A stretch of DNA of 64,000 nucleotides from Neovahlkampfia damariscottae (Eukaryota), in contig JABLTG010000102.1 of assembly GCA_016618085.1 (NCBI GenBank), positions 1 through 64,000 on the forward strand, given 5' to 3'. The position numbers were made by a program, and so were the translations under genes. This document shows positions 1 through 10,799 of this stretch, piece after piece (position 1 is the stretch's first letter; each line of letters begins with the position of its first letter). The notes below the pieces were generated by a model. It saw only the letters and a list, made by a program, of their open reading frames with translations. It was not told the origin of the DNA and searched no databases.

Positions 1-300
1 CCATTAATGTACAATAACCTCCACCAGATTTTGTTAATGAAAACGTGACTTCTAAACCATTTTTTGATGTAGTACAAGCTGATATTACTCCTGTTTCCGT
101 ACAATTACAAGATCCAACTGATTTATCTGCTGACAAAGTGAATTTTACAGCAATTTGGTTCGAAGATGTCAAATAAATTCGTTTTCCTGTAATTTAAAAA
201 TTAAAAATGATGTACCATCATTATAAGTGCAAAATACAAGCAGAGTTTGTGTCAAAAAAATCAAGTACAACAATAGTTGACTGTTAGACAATGTTGACAT
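1..300 (-). CDS. Hypothetical secreted/surface protein, 5' part (runs off window edge)
   Basis: ATG at 300 gives MSTLSNSQLLLYLIFLTQTLLVFC (signal-peptide-like). A GT-AG intron at about 187-215 is followed by an open, Cys-containing frame to position 1. Confidence 0.6.
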
Positions 301-522
301 GTTTGACGTACGCTTGCCCAATCAGACGTCAAAAAAGTATGAAATACGATTGGTCTTTTCTTCATTGATTATCATTGGAGAATAATTCTCCGACTGACTT
401 GATGTGGAAATGTTGAAAGACAGGAAATAACACTTTTCCTTTTCCTTTTGTTTTCCCCTCATCAAATTCAAACAACTTCTTTCGAAAATTAAATTCATCC
501 AAAGTTGATTGGTTGTTTGAAA

Positions 523-1319
523 ATGTCCACACAAACTAAAGAAGAAGATGAAAAAAATTCAGAAATTCAAAAAAAATGGGAGAAAGAACAAATTGAATTG
601 AAGAAACTGCTGGTTACCAAAGATGACTTTGACTTTGACATTAATTCCGAAGATAATTCTTTAAAACTCATTGGAGGTGTGGATATTTCATTTGGAAAAG
701 AAGACCCAAACGATGCTGTTGCAAGTTTAGTAGTTTTATCCTTTCCAGAATTAAAAGTTGAATTTGAAATTTATAAAAAAGTTAAAATGCAACAACCATA
801 TATTTCAGGTTTTTTAGCATTCAGAGAAGTAGATTTTCTTGTTGATTTGATTAATATTGTACGAAAAGAGCACTCAAAATATGTACCTCAATTAATCATG
901 GTTGATGGAAGTGGTGTTCATCATCCAAGAGGATTTGGTTTGGCTTCACATCTTGGAGTTTTAATAGGGATACCAACAATTGGAATTGCAAAGAAATTAC
1001 TTGCTATTGATGGAATAGATAGAGAAAAAGTAAAAAAAATGAAAGAAGAAATGGAAGGAGACAGTTATTCATTATTAAAAGGAGACTCTGGTGTCATTCA
1101 TGGAGCAGTAAAAATTTTGCCATTAATGTTTTCTATCAGCTTTACAAAGTAAAAGGAAACAAAAATGTTGTTTATGTATCTATTGGACACAAAGTTTCAT
1201 TAGAAACAAGTTTAGAAATTACAAAAAAAACATGTCTCTTTAAAAATCCTGAACCTGTAAGAAAGGCAGATTTATTGTCAAGACAGTTCATTAGAGACGA
1301 AAATACTGAAAAAGAATGA
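523..1319 (+). CDS. ENDOV: Endonuclease V (inosine-specific)
   Basis: Motifs GVDIS, PYISGFLAFRE, MVDGSGVHHPRGFGLASHLG. Intron 1108-1139 joins to VYVSIGHKVSLE...PEPVRKAD; stop TGA 1317-1319. Confidence 0.93.
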
Positions 1320-1330
1320 AAAAATTTCAT

Positions 1331-2704
1331 TTAAATTTCCCAAAGTTTGCGATATTTTGAAACAATGTCCATCATTGTGACTACAGTACCTGCAATACCC
1401 ATGATCATTCCAAAAACAACAAGAGTGACTGAACAAACTCTCCAAATGAATTTTTGAGTTGTCCATAACAACATTCCTGGAAAAATAAACATCAAAGAAA
1501 CAGCTCCAATTGATCCAATGATACCAAAAATATCAGTAATATCTGGAATAAACATTGAAAGAAGAATTGTTAAAATGACAAAAATTGTGGTAATTAAATA
1601 ATCAGTAGTTGCTTCCATTCCATCTTTGAAAAATAATGATTCAATCGTTTTTCTTGTTGCGAAGTATCTCAATGGATATGATAAAGCAACCAATGTAGCA
1701 ACAGTTAATCTAGCAAATAAAGCAATCATATCATTAATTTCATAGTTTCTAATGACATTTCCTTCGACAGCAGATCCAAAATTAACGTAACCGAAAAATC
1801 CAACAGAAGCATAAAATGTGAAACAAATCAAAAGTCCTCCAATGATAACAGCAATCATTTTTGCTCTTGAGGCTTTTTTGAGTTCAGCGTACACTGGAAT
1901 AACATGAATGTGACATTGAAAACTTAAACAAATCAGTGGAATTGATATTAAAAAATTTGGGTCAAGATTAATGAATGGTTGAGTTCCTTGAGCAAATCCT
2001 TGATTTTCAATGATATAAATGAGACCTTTTACATCAACAAAAACGACAGTATAAGCAGCTGAGAAAATAGCAATTACACTTGCAATTCCTAACCATTTCA
2101 TATTTTTGAAAAATGTGATTGGTAATATAACGACAACAGTAACTAAAATTATCACAAATCTTCTGTCAGCTAGTTGTTTTAAATTTCCACTAACTCTCCA
2201 ATGTTGAAACCAATAAGCCATAGTTGGTGATAAAGTATCACCAACAATATTCAAATAAGCAATACAACCACCACTTGAAAATTATTTGTAAAAATAATAG
2301 TACCTTAAGTAAAAAATTAGGATTAATTCACATATGAATCCTGGAATTTTGCCGAGTTTAGTTTTAACAACTTCTTGATAAGAACGAGCATCACCACCAA
2401 AATGAACTAAAATGTAAAGTGTAAGAGCAGCCATAACAACAAGAAACTGGTTAAAAAATTTAACATAAATTATTTGATTTACTGAAGTTAAAAGTAGTCC
2501 TGATACAACTCCAGTTCTTTGATAAGTAAATGGAAATGCAAAAACACCCATTCCAATCGCAGCATTTGCTAAATTAAAGATTGAAAGAAAGATATTAGTC
2601 TCTCTTGGTGGTTTTGTCGTATCAACTTCTTCATCTTTGACATATATCGGTGTATGTTCTTGAATATGTGATGTATCAACTAAAGAATCTTCTTCTGTTG
2701 ACAT
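1331..2704 (-). CDS. Amino acid transporter, AAAP/SLC38 family
   Basis: FNLANAAIGMGVFAFPF and SFQCHIHVIPVYAELK motifs, many TM segments. Two introns: 2447-2482 (in-frame) and about 2274-2303. Confidence 0.9.
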
Positions 2705-2878
2705 TTCTGTATTCCAAAGTATTCTTCCAAAATTGTGAAACAACCAATAAAATTTAAGTAACACCGAGAATTTGAAGGTTTCTAAATTTAAATTTTCAAT
2801 TTAATAATGAATAAAACAATCATTTTTTTGTTTCCGTTAAAAATGATCAGGTGTAATTTTATTGGTTTATTCTGTCGT

Positions 2879-4423
2879 ATGATACAAGTCAAGAGAACGG
2901 TGATAACCACCATTAACAGAGTTGTACCTGGACTCATTGATGAATCATCTATAACTTCAAATGAAAAAGTAAAAAAGAAATTCGATGCTGTGTTATCCAA
3001 GAACCTTTCAGATGTTGAAAGAAATATTTCAGCAGTACCTTTGGACACAATGTCCACTTCACTCACCACAATTGACAAATTTTTAGCTTCATATTCATTC
3101 TTCCACACTCAAACAAAAACTTTAGTAAAACAAAAAAAAAAGTTAAAAAAATTCTCAAGATTTGGAACATGTTTTATTCTCAAGGACCAAATTGTCAAGA
3201 CGCCTTTTTCAAAGCTTTAGAGGCTTCTCCTGATCCAGGAAAATCAGATACAGTACCTGTTCATATTGGAATTATTTATGGTCACATGTTTGATTTTTTG
3301 TTCAAAGATCCAGACAGAGGAAGAAATTTTCTTTCACCAGTTTTTGATAAAGTATACCATGAAAAGGGAAGAGGAAACAAACCGCGTCCTTTCATTAGAA
3401 TTGGTAATTTATATTTGGATTTTGATCCATTCATGTCTTTGATTATTCCAAGAAAATGTACAGGAAATCCAAAAGAACAATTTGGTTCTTTATACTATGT
3501 AGGTGATGTTGTACTTTATCATGAAACATTTCCAAGTAGTTTGATTCGTATTGTAAGAGTTTTTTTCACATAATTTTTTAACCAAACAAAGCTTGGAGAT
3601 TTTTTAATTCCTTGGAATGTAGATTACGAAAAACATGATCGTTCAAATGATCGTGGTAGTTTTGAATTCGTCTTAAGTATTCTTTCTTTACTTAAAAAAT
3701 ACGACAAAGACTTCAAAAAACAATGTCTATCCAGATTGGACAATAAATTTAGTAAGTGATGAATATCATTAACATTTTTCAGTGAAATCACTCTCCATTG
3801 TTGAAAACACAAAAACATATTATACTTTAGAACTTGATGATGGACTTTGTAAAGAATCACCAGGAAATGTTGCTTTACCAAAAGAACTTTCTTCATATCA
3901 TAATAAAAGTGTAACACTTCCACATAAACAACAATTGGCTTCATATCATTTGCTATTAGATTATGCTATGCTCCAAGCAGATGAAAAACAAAGACAAATT
4001 ATTCAAATGGTTAAAGATTTCTCAAATATCTATGAACATTCATTGGAAGAAGCAAATCCAGAAAAAGAAGAAGGAGCTAAATTTTATTTTTACGATGAAA
4101 TCATTGTGAATGTTAAAGTATTTCAAAAAGCACAAAGAGAATATGAAAAACAAAACCCAATTCCAAAAGTTGAAGTTCTTTATAAAAAGGAAGAACCAAA
4201 AGCCATTGATCCAATAGCAAGCTTAAAAAAAGATAAATTGAATAAATTGGAAAAGAAAAGAAAAAATAATGAATCAAATTCATCCATGTCTCCAGTTAAT
4301 ATTGCAATTGAAGCTCCAACTGAAGAAACAAAAGTTGATGTTAAAACACATTCAGAAAAACCAAAAATTGAAGGCAAAAATGTTGCAACTCCAATTGAAA
4401 TTACAGTTGAAAAAGATGAATAA
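2879..4423 (+). CDS. Hypothetical protein, 4 exons
   Basis: Track ORFs 2807, 3169 and 3782 join in frame through three short GT-AG introns (about 3125-3159, 3553-3591, 3752-3782). No family recognised; start chosen just downstream of an ATTGG box. Confidence 0.7.
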
Positions 4424-4971
4424 ATTTATTCACTCATCTTTAACTATTTTGAAAAAACATCTTCTAAATGTATTTGAAATTTTAAGAAATTTTGATTTTC
4501 ATACTTGTGTGATACCATTTTTTCTACAGCTTAAGTCCGAATTCCTTTTTTTTTCAGAAACCTTTTTTAATAGGAAATAAAGAATTTTAAATTTACAGAG
4601 TTTTCAATAATTAATTTTGCTTCTTTCAATTTTCTGGGTAGGAATTTCTGGACTTGTTCAGAATGTTTGGTGATGATGTTATTGTAATAACCTTTCCCAT
4701 ATTGGTTTAAAATCCTATTGGTGATGTTTTGGGTTTTCAAGAATCTTGGATTCAAAAGATATTTAATGTGATGTTTATTTTTCATCCAAATGTACAGGAA
4801 ATTGTTGTTTACTTCCAATGTCCATAACTTCAACTTACAAAAGCTGTTCGTTGGTTAAACTATTAAAACCTCAAGATTAAAAACAGAATTGTTGCTTTTC
4901 CGGCTTGTTGACAGACTTCATTCACTTCAATGTTATTTTTGAAGTTCCAAAATTTTTTGTTGGTGAACGAG

Positions 4972-6216
4972 ATGGAGAAACCTCTGATAAACAATAAACA
5001 ATCATCAACAGAGCCGAATAGATCTTGCCTCACTCTTAGTTGTTTACCAGCAATTACAACCTTCAGTTTTTGTTTATTTTTCTTTGGTACCTTGGGATTT
5101 CTTTCACTTTCATTTTTAACTTACCTCAGATTCTTTGCGGAACCAGATTTCAATGGAAAACTTTTATCAGATATGACATGGCTTATTTCAGCATCAATAT
5201 TATGCTTTATGTTATCCATTTTCACAGGTTTTATTTACTTGATGGAAGTTTCATGTTCACGTGTTTCACGTTCATTATTATTTCTTTCAACTGAACAACA
5301 TGCGAGAGAAAAAATTGATATTATGAAAGGTTCAACACCTTCAGTTAAATTATGGATGGAATGTTTTCATACAATTCAAGTTACATCAGGTTCTGGAAAA
5401 GATAGAAGCACTACAACACAAAAAGTAGTTACAGAAAAAGTTTTTTGTGATTTAGAATTTTCAGGTGGTTGTGTTGATACGTCAAGTGATTTAGATGATA
5501 TTACAGCTGATGCAAAAATTGTCAATGTTACCTATAGAACAACATGGAGTTGTGGTGATGAAAATACTCGAAATTCTTATAAAACAGTGAAAAAGAATTT
5601 TATTGAACAATACAAAAACAGGGATTTGTACTATGACTATTATGAAGAATTTCTATTTCCAGTTGACAATAATGATGTGACTTTTAAAAGTGGAACAAGT
5701 ATTTTTAATTGGACAACATATTTTATTTCAAGTTTGTTGTGTTGTACAATTCCGTATCGTGTAATATTAGAAAAATCTACTGTCAGAAAAAAAGTTAATA
5801 TTCATAAAGTATTCTATGCAAGTGAAACAGGTTGGGACGGGAAATTTGTGGATTCAAATAGTGGAAGTACAGTTTTTCAAGTAAATCACAATAAATTGAG
5901 TCAACCAAACACTCAACATAAATCTACTCCAAAGTTAAATCAAATTCAACTTGGAAATGTTGAAGTATTTAAATCTGGTGGATTTTCAAATGAAGATGCA
6001 ACTATTTTGGCATCAGAAAATTTAAATTTTGAAGATTTATCGTTTTTAAGTGATGATGATGTTTCAAAACTAGACATTTCTGTGAAAGGAAAAATTGCTT
6101 TGCGTCGAATTTTGGAAACTCAAAAATACCAAACTCAACTTTCTTTTAATCCAGAAATTCAATCAAATAATGGGTACCAAATTCAAGGAGATCAATATGA
6201 AAATAAATTTTATTGA
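4972..6216 (+). CDS. TMEM151-family membrane protein with a C-terminal SAM-like domain
   Basis: Two N-terminal TMs, PSVKLWMECFH...KVVT...F..GCVDTS, late TM plus IPYRVILE. C-terminal ILASENLNFEDLSFLSDDDVSKLDISVKGKIALRRILE resembles SAM. Confidence 0.7.
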   Translation: MEKPLINNKQSSTEPNRSCLTLSCLPAITTFSFCLFFFGTLGFLSLSFLTYLRFFAEPDFNGKLLSDMTWLISASILCFMLSIFTGFIYLMEVSCSRVSRSLLFLSTEQHAREKIDIMKGSTPSVKLWMECFHTIQVTSGSGKDRSTTTQKVVTEKVFCDLEFSGGCVDTSSDLDDITADAKIVNVTYRTTWSCGDENTRNSYKTVKKNFIEQYKNRDLYYDYYEEFLFPVDNNDVTFKSGTSIFNWTTYFISSLLCCTIPYRVILEKSTVRKKVNIHKVFYASETGWDGKFVDSNSGSTVFQVNHNKLSQPNTQHKSTPKLNQIQLGNVEVFKSGGFSNEDATILASENLNFEDLSFLSDDDVSKLDISVKGKIALRRILETQKYQTQLSFNPEIQSNNGYQIQGDQYENKFY

Positions 6217-6378
6217 GGGTTTCTTCAATTTTCTTCTTGAATGGAAAATGATTTCATTGGAGCTTTGTTCTTTGTCAGAACAGTACTAAACAAAATTGAA
6301 TTTACGTTTGAAATACAGGATTTGTAAAATTTTGGAACAAAACAGATAATTTTGACCAATCACAGCATTAGAAGAAAG

Positions 6379-7138
6379 ATGTCTCATAAAACAACAGTGC
6401 TTGTTGTAGTTGTATTTTTATTGATTGGTAATCTTTTTTAAACTATTAATTTCTCAGAAATATCTTTAGCTGAATGGAAAGTCACAAATTACAGACAAAA
6501 CATTCCAGCAAATGAAGGAATATTTTTTTCTATTGAAAAAACAGCAAAAGAGATCAAGTATGAAGTGAAATCAAGTTCAACTATGGACGTATTTCTTGTT
6601 GATTTAGAAAACCAAAAATTAATTAGAGAAGGAAAGTCTTTCAGGTAGATCCACCAACAAATTTCTTAAACTCTTCAACAAGCGCTTTAAGGTTTTCCAG
6701 AAGAACTACAAATGTAAATATGGAATACAGAAGTTCAACAATATCAAAAGGTATTGTAATATATGTTTCAAATACAAATGGTTTTCTTTTGCCAATAGAT
6801 TTGAAATTAGAGAAAAATATACCCACAAGACAAGAAAAATTTGATGAATGGTGGAAATGGAATTCTGTTTCAACGATTCTCATCATAGTATTACCAAATT
6901 TTATTATCGGAATTTTTTTGCTTATTGGAGTTTGTTTGATTCCGACTTTATATTTGACTTTAGGAAGAGTTGTACTTCAAGGAACAAAAGAGTACTCTGG
7001 TTATGAGGACCCAAATGATCCAAATGGTAAAAATTTCTTTTTCATTTAACAATTCAAGAAAAAACATCAAGATATGGATCATCAGGAGTTTATATCAATG
7101 GAGTTCCAATTCAAAGTTACGGTGGTGTCGGTGGTTAA
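6379..7138 (+). CDS. Hypothetical type I membrane protein
   Basis: Signal peptide MSHKTTVLVVVVFLLI, three short introns, TM segment ILIIVLPNFIIGIFLLIGVCLIP, ends YGGVGG*. Confidence 0.7.
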
Positions 7139-7228
7139 AATACAAAATTGAATAAATCTATTTGTTTGAATATTTTTCTTTTGAATCCCAAAATATTTTC
7201 TTTTTTTTGTTGACAGAGTTCAACACAA

Positions 7229-7760
7229 ATGATCAAGAGTGAATTGTCTCCAAAAAGAAAAAAAAAGAAAAATAGATGTATCACAGATGAAGAGAAACCA
7301 AAGAAAGAAAAGACAATGATAATGTTGGAATGTGTGTTTTTACATGATGATTATTGCTTCTTCTGAAAGTGGATAGAACTAGGTAACAAGTTCATTAATA
7401 ATTCAAAACAATCATTTCATGAAAACATTAAATAAAGAAAATCAAATCATAGGAATCATGGATTCATATTTTGACGAGAATGATTGTTATTGCACAGTGA
7501 ACTCTTTTTATGCAAAACCAACAGAACAAAACAAAGGAATTGGGAGCTTGTTGGTGAAACAATTACTTGAAAAAACTGAAAAATTGAGGATTGATAGAAT
7601 TTGAATTGGCTTTTTTATTGAGAATCAAAATACATTTCAAATTTATAAGAGATTCAACTACATCGAAACGAAAAAGGAAATGATCAAAATTGAATCAAAA
7701 GAATATGAATATAGTCATGGTTATTTCAAAACAAAACATTTGAAAATGAAATTCAATTGA
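7229..7760 (+). pseudogene. GNAT acetyltransferase relic
   Basis: Motif A FYAKPTEQNKGIGSLLVKQL. In-frame TGA at 7602-7604, then motif-B-like IGFFIENQNTFQIYKRFNY; the 5' part is broken by stops and frameshifts. Confidence 0.7.
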
Positions 7761-7781
7761 AACAATCAACAAAAATTTCAT

Positions 7782-8135
7782 TTACCAAAATACAAGATCA
7801 AGGTCAGTCATTGATCCATCCACTTCTGTAGAACCATTATTCCAATATATGTACCTTCTTCCATTGTAAACACCAACTCCTGGATCATTTGGATAATGAC
7901 GATAATCAATAGATGCGTACATGCAGGTCCTCGAATATCCAGTGCTGAACGTGGCAGAACAAAACCCTCGAACATTGTATCCATTACCAATTGTACTTTC
8001 CCTTACCCTTCTTTTTAATGCTCCATTTTTGTAATGCCAAAGTTCAACTTTGAGAGTATCTTGATCAAAAGGAACTGCACCATCTGTACAACAAATGCAC
8101 TTTGGCAACCAATGAGATGGATGCCTTTCGTCCAA
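7782..8135 (-). other. Orphan coding-like ORF with no usable in-frame ATG start (fragment?)
   Basis: 117-codon frame rich in Cys/Trp/Gly/Tyr, more GC-rich than nearby intergenic DNA; begins at TTG. Confidence 0.4.
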
Positions 8136-8180
8136 ATAACATCTTATTGGTTGAAAAAGAAGTTATTTTAACGTTATAAA

Positions 8181-9566
8181 ATGAAGTGTACAACTCTAGT
8201 GTTACTATTTGGATTATTTTTTTGTTGTACTTTTGCTCACAGTTCCAACATATTTCAAAAAAACACAAAATGTTTTTCCAACTCAGAATGTTCAACAAAA
8301 GAATACTGTACTGGAGATAAGAAAACAAAAAAATTTGGAAAATGTGCTGCACGACCAGCTAAATTCTGTCAAAATATTGCTCACTGTAAATCTGGTGAAA
8401 AGTGTGTAAAAACAACTCGTAAAAAATTTTTTTTTCTCAATTTTTTTTTTACAGATAACCTTGGAGTGTGTGAACCTTTTAATACTGTACTAAATTCCAA
8501 AATGGAAGATAGCCATGACATTAAAGACCTGTTTATTCCGCCAATTACTCCAGAAGCTTATGCTGCTGCACCTCTAGAGAAGGTTGATACAACAAGACAT
8601 ACATGTGGTGCAGAAGAAGTAGATTTTGGAGTTGATACCAGTTCTGACACTTGTTTAAAAGATTTTACCTGTGACAATTCTACCATAAGAGATTACTATT
8701 CAATACCACCTACAAATGCTACTGTCTACAAAATTCGTTGGGTATATTTCAAATGTGGAGATGGTTGGGAAACAAAAGCTACAAACAAAATTGCTGAAGC
8801 AACTGCAGACCTCAATGCACATTTCAAAGGTACTGGACTACAATTCAATTCATATTACAATGAATTTTCATGTCAAGGAAAAGGAACAACCAATAATACA
8901 GACTTTGATACTAATCTAGCTGTTGAAGCTATTAATCGTGAGTTTCCTAACTTCAAAGAATCTGGATTCTTGTACATAGTGGTAGGTAAACCATATATCA
9001 GTTCTGTATGGGGATGGTTTTTTTTACCAGATACTTCAATGTCAGGAACTGGTTTTTTAAATTCAAAAGTGGTTACAAAAGGACATACAAGTTTATCTCA
9101 TCAAATAGGACATGGTTTTGGTTTATACCATACATTCCGTGGAATTTCAGAGTTGGTTTGTTCCAATGGTTGCAGAGAAAATACAACAGTATCTTCAAAT
9201 GATGTTGGTGATTTTTGTTCTGATACACCTCCTGTTGGAAAGAATTGGGATTGTACTTCACCTTCAAGAGACACCATCAGCGGAAAAGATCCATGTAGCT
9301 CAAAGAGGATTTGGGATCCAAATCCTTATCAAAATCTTATGTCGTTTGGAAATTGTAGAAATCAATTTACTCCTCAACAAAAATCAAGAATTAGATGTTT
9401 TCAAGCTAGATATATGACATTTTTAAAACCAGATTCAAATCCTGTTCAAAATCCTCCTTCAACTTCTTCCATTGCTTCAACTTCTTCCATTGCTTCCATT
9501 GCTTTTCGTGCTGGAATACAATGGATCGGAATGGTCGCTTTATTAATCGGTGCATTATTTTGGTAA
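8181..9566 (+). CDS. Secreted, probably GPI-anchored M43 (pappalysin-like) metzincin with catalytic Glu replaced by Gln
   Basis: Signal peptide, Cys-rich N-terminus, HQIGHGFGLYHTF, GDFCSDTPP, Met-turn NLMSF, Ser-rich spacer and hydrophobic tail. In-frame 36-nt intron 8419-8454. Confidence 0.88.
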   Translation: MKCTTLVLLFGLFFCCTFAHSSNIFQKNTKCFSNSECSTKEYCTGDKKTKKFGKCAARPAKFCQNIAHCKSGEKCVKTTRKKFFFLNFFFTDNLGVCEPFNTVLNSKMEDSHDIKDLFIPPITPEAYAAAPLEKVDTTRHTCGAEEVDFGVDTSSDTCLKDFTCDNSTIRDYYSIPPTNATVYKIRWVYFKCGDGWETKATNKIAEATADLNAHFKGTGLQFNSYYNEFSCQGKGTTNNTDFDTNLAVEAINREFPNFKESGFLYIVVGKPYISSVWGWFFLPDTSMSGTGFLNSKVVTKGHTSLSHQIGHGFGLYHTFRGISELVCSNGCRENTTVSSNDVGDFCSDTPPVGKNWDCTSPSRDTISGKDPCSSKRIWDPNPYQNLMSFGNCRNQFTPQQKSRIRCFQARYMTFLKPDSNPVQNPPSTSSIASTSSIASIAFRAGIQWIGMVALLIGALFW

Positions 9567-9735
9567 ATGAATTTTGGTATCTATTTCTGTTTTTTTTTTT
9601 TTTTTAATGCTCAATTGTAAAATGCCTTTTAACTTTCTTCAAGAAAACACTGAATTCTTTATTCTTTATAATTTCCACTCATTTTATCATAAATTTCTCT
9701 TTATGAATAAAATTGAATAACTCTGGTTGATCGAA

Positions 9736-10398
9736 TTATTTCTTTCGAAATATAAAAAAATTACTATCATTTTTCATTTTGAAAGTTCTTTTTGACGTTG
9801 ATTTTAAAAGACTTTCTTCAAATTTTTCATTTGAAATTTTTTCATCTTTCGTTGTGAGAAAACAATTGTCTAGTGAATCTTGATCTGTAATAAATTTGTC
9901 ATTTTGATATATTGATAACAATTCAAATTTATCTTCCATCAAAAAAGCTTTAAAGGCATCAGAATGAGAATTATTCACAAATAAAATTCCATTTGGTTTC
10001 AAATACTTTTCACACGGTTCTGAGATAATTCCAGCACTCAAAGAGATTATTAAATCAAAGGTATCTATTTTTTCTTTCATAGTTTCATTGAAATCTTTGC
10101 ATTCAAAATGAATCTTAGTTTCAGTTTTGTAGATTTTATTCTCTTTAACAAATTCTAAAATTGATGGATCATTGAAACAAGTTCCAACATTTTTGTAACT
10201 ATCAAGATATATTACATCTGGAAATACAAGTGATGCCGTTATATGACGGTGACATCCTGGATAAAACACTTTCTTTGGAGTTTCACCTAAATAATCAATG
10301 AGTTGTTGAAAGATATTGAAATGAATATCTTTTAAACCTTTATAACTTTTCAAAAAGAGATTCAACTCTTTCATAGATTGTTTTTTGACCTTTGGCAT
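9736..10398 (-). CDS. Class I SAM-dependent methyltransferase-like protein, intronless
   Basis: KVFYPGC...VIYLDS...CKDF...TFDLIIS...KYLKPNGILFVN follows the Rossmann MTase motif order. Confidence 0.65.
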   Translation of the reverse strand: MPKVKKQSMKELNLFLKSYKGLKDIHFNIFQQLIDYLGETPKKVFYPGCHRHITASLVFPDVIYLDSYKNVGTCFNDPSILEFVKENKIYKTETKIHFECKDFNETMKEKIDTFDLIISLSAGIISEPCEKYLKPNGILFVNNSHSDAFKAFLMEDKFELLSIYQNDKFITDQDSLDNCFLTTKDEKISNEKFEESLLKSTSKRTFKMKNDSNFFIFRKK

Positions 10399-10471
10399 CT
10401 TACGTTTTCTAAAAAATATTGAAGGTTTAGATTTTTCTTCCAATCAAAACTTGTTCTTTTTTTGAAGGTTC

Positions 10472-10794
10472 ATGGAAAAAGAGATCATAATGAGTGGATT
10501 TTTAGAGAAAAGACGTCTATTCATGAAAAGCTGGATGAAAAGCTATTTTGTTCTTGGATTCTACTTCCTTGAGTTATTTCAAAGGCAATGACCAAACCAG
10601 TTGAATTTTTTTATCTGAGAATAAATTCAACATATTTCGTTGTGATGGTCATATTCAAAACTGCTACAAAAACATTTGATTAATAACACAAGGAGAAGTG
10701 GATGAAGAATCACATAAAAAATACATCTTGTCATGGACCATTGAAAATTTATGTAGATCTATTACCTGTTTGTAAAGATTCAAAAATTGAATAA
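10472..10794 (+). pseudogene. PH-domain relic
   Basis: MEKEIIMSGFLEKRRLFMKSWMKSYFVL, then frameshifted SLSYFK, FKTATKTFDL and EKWMKNH pieces, with internal stops. Confidence 0.65.
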
Positions 10795-10799
10795 AATCT

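Noticed and set aside
7343..7420. Possible C/D snoRNA (ATGATGA...CTGA)
   Set aside because: Only about 12 nt between the boxes, no convincing terminal D box or stem, and it lies inside the GNAT relic; cannot be supported without an rRNA-target search.
8419..8454. Poly-Phe stretch (RKKFFFLNFFFT) in the M43 protein
   Set aside because: It is a stop-free 36-nt intron, not coding; the same applies to 2447-2482 and 54812-54844.
9460..9505. Tandem repeat tcaacttcttccattgct
   Set aside because: Ordinary slippage in a Ser/Thr-rich GPI spacer.
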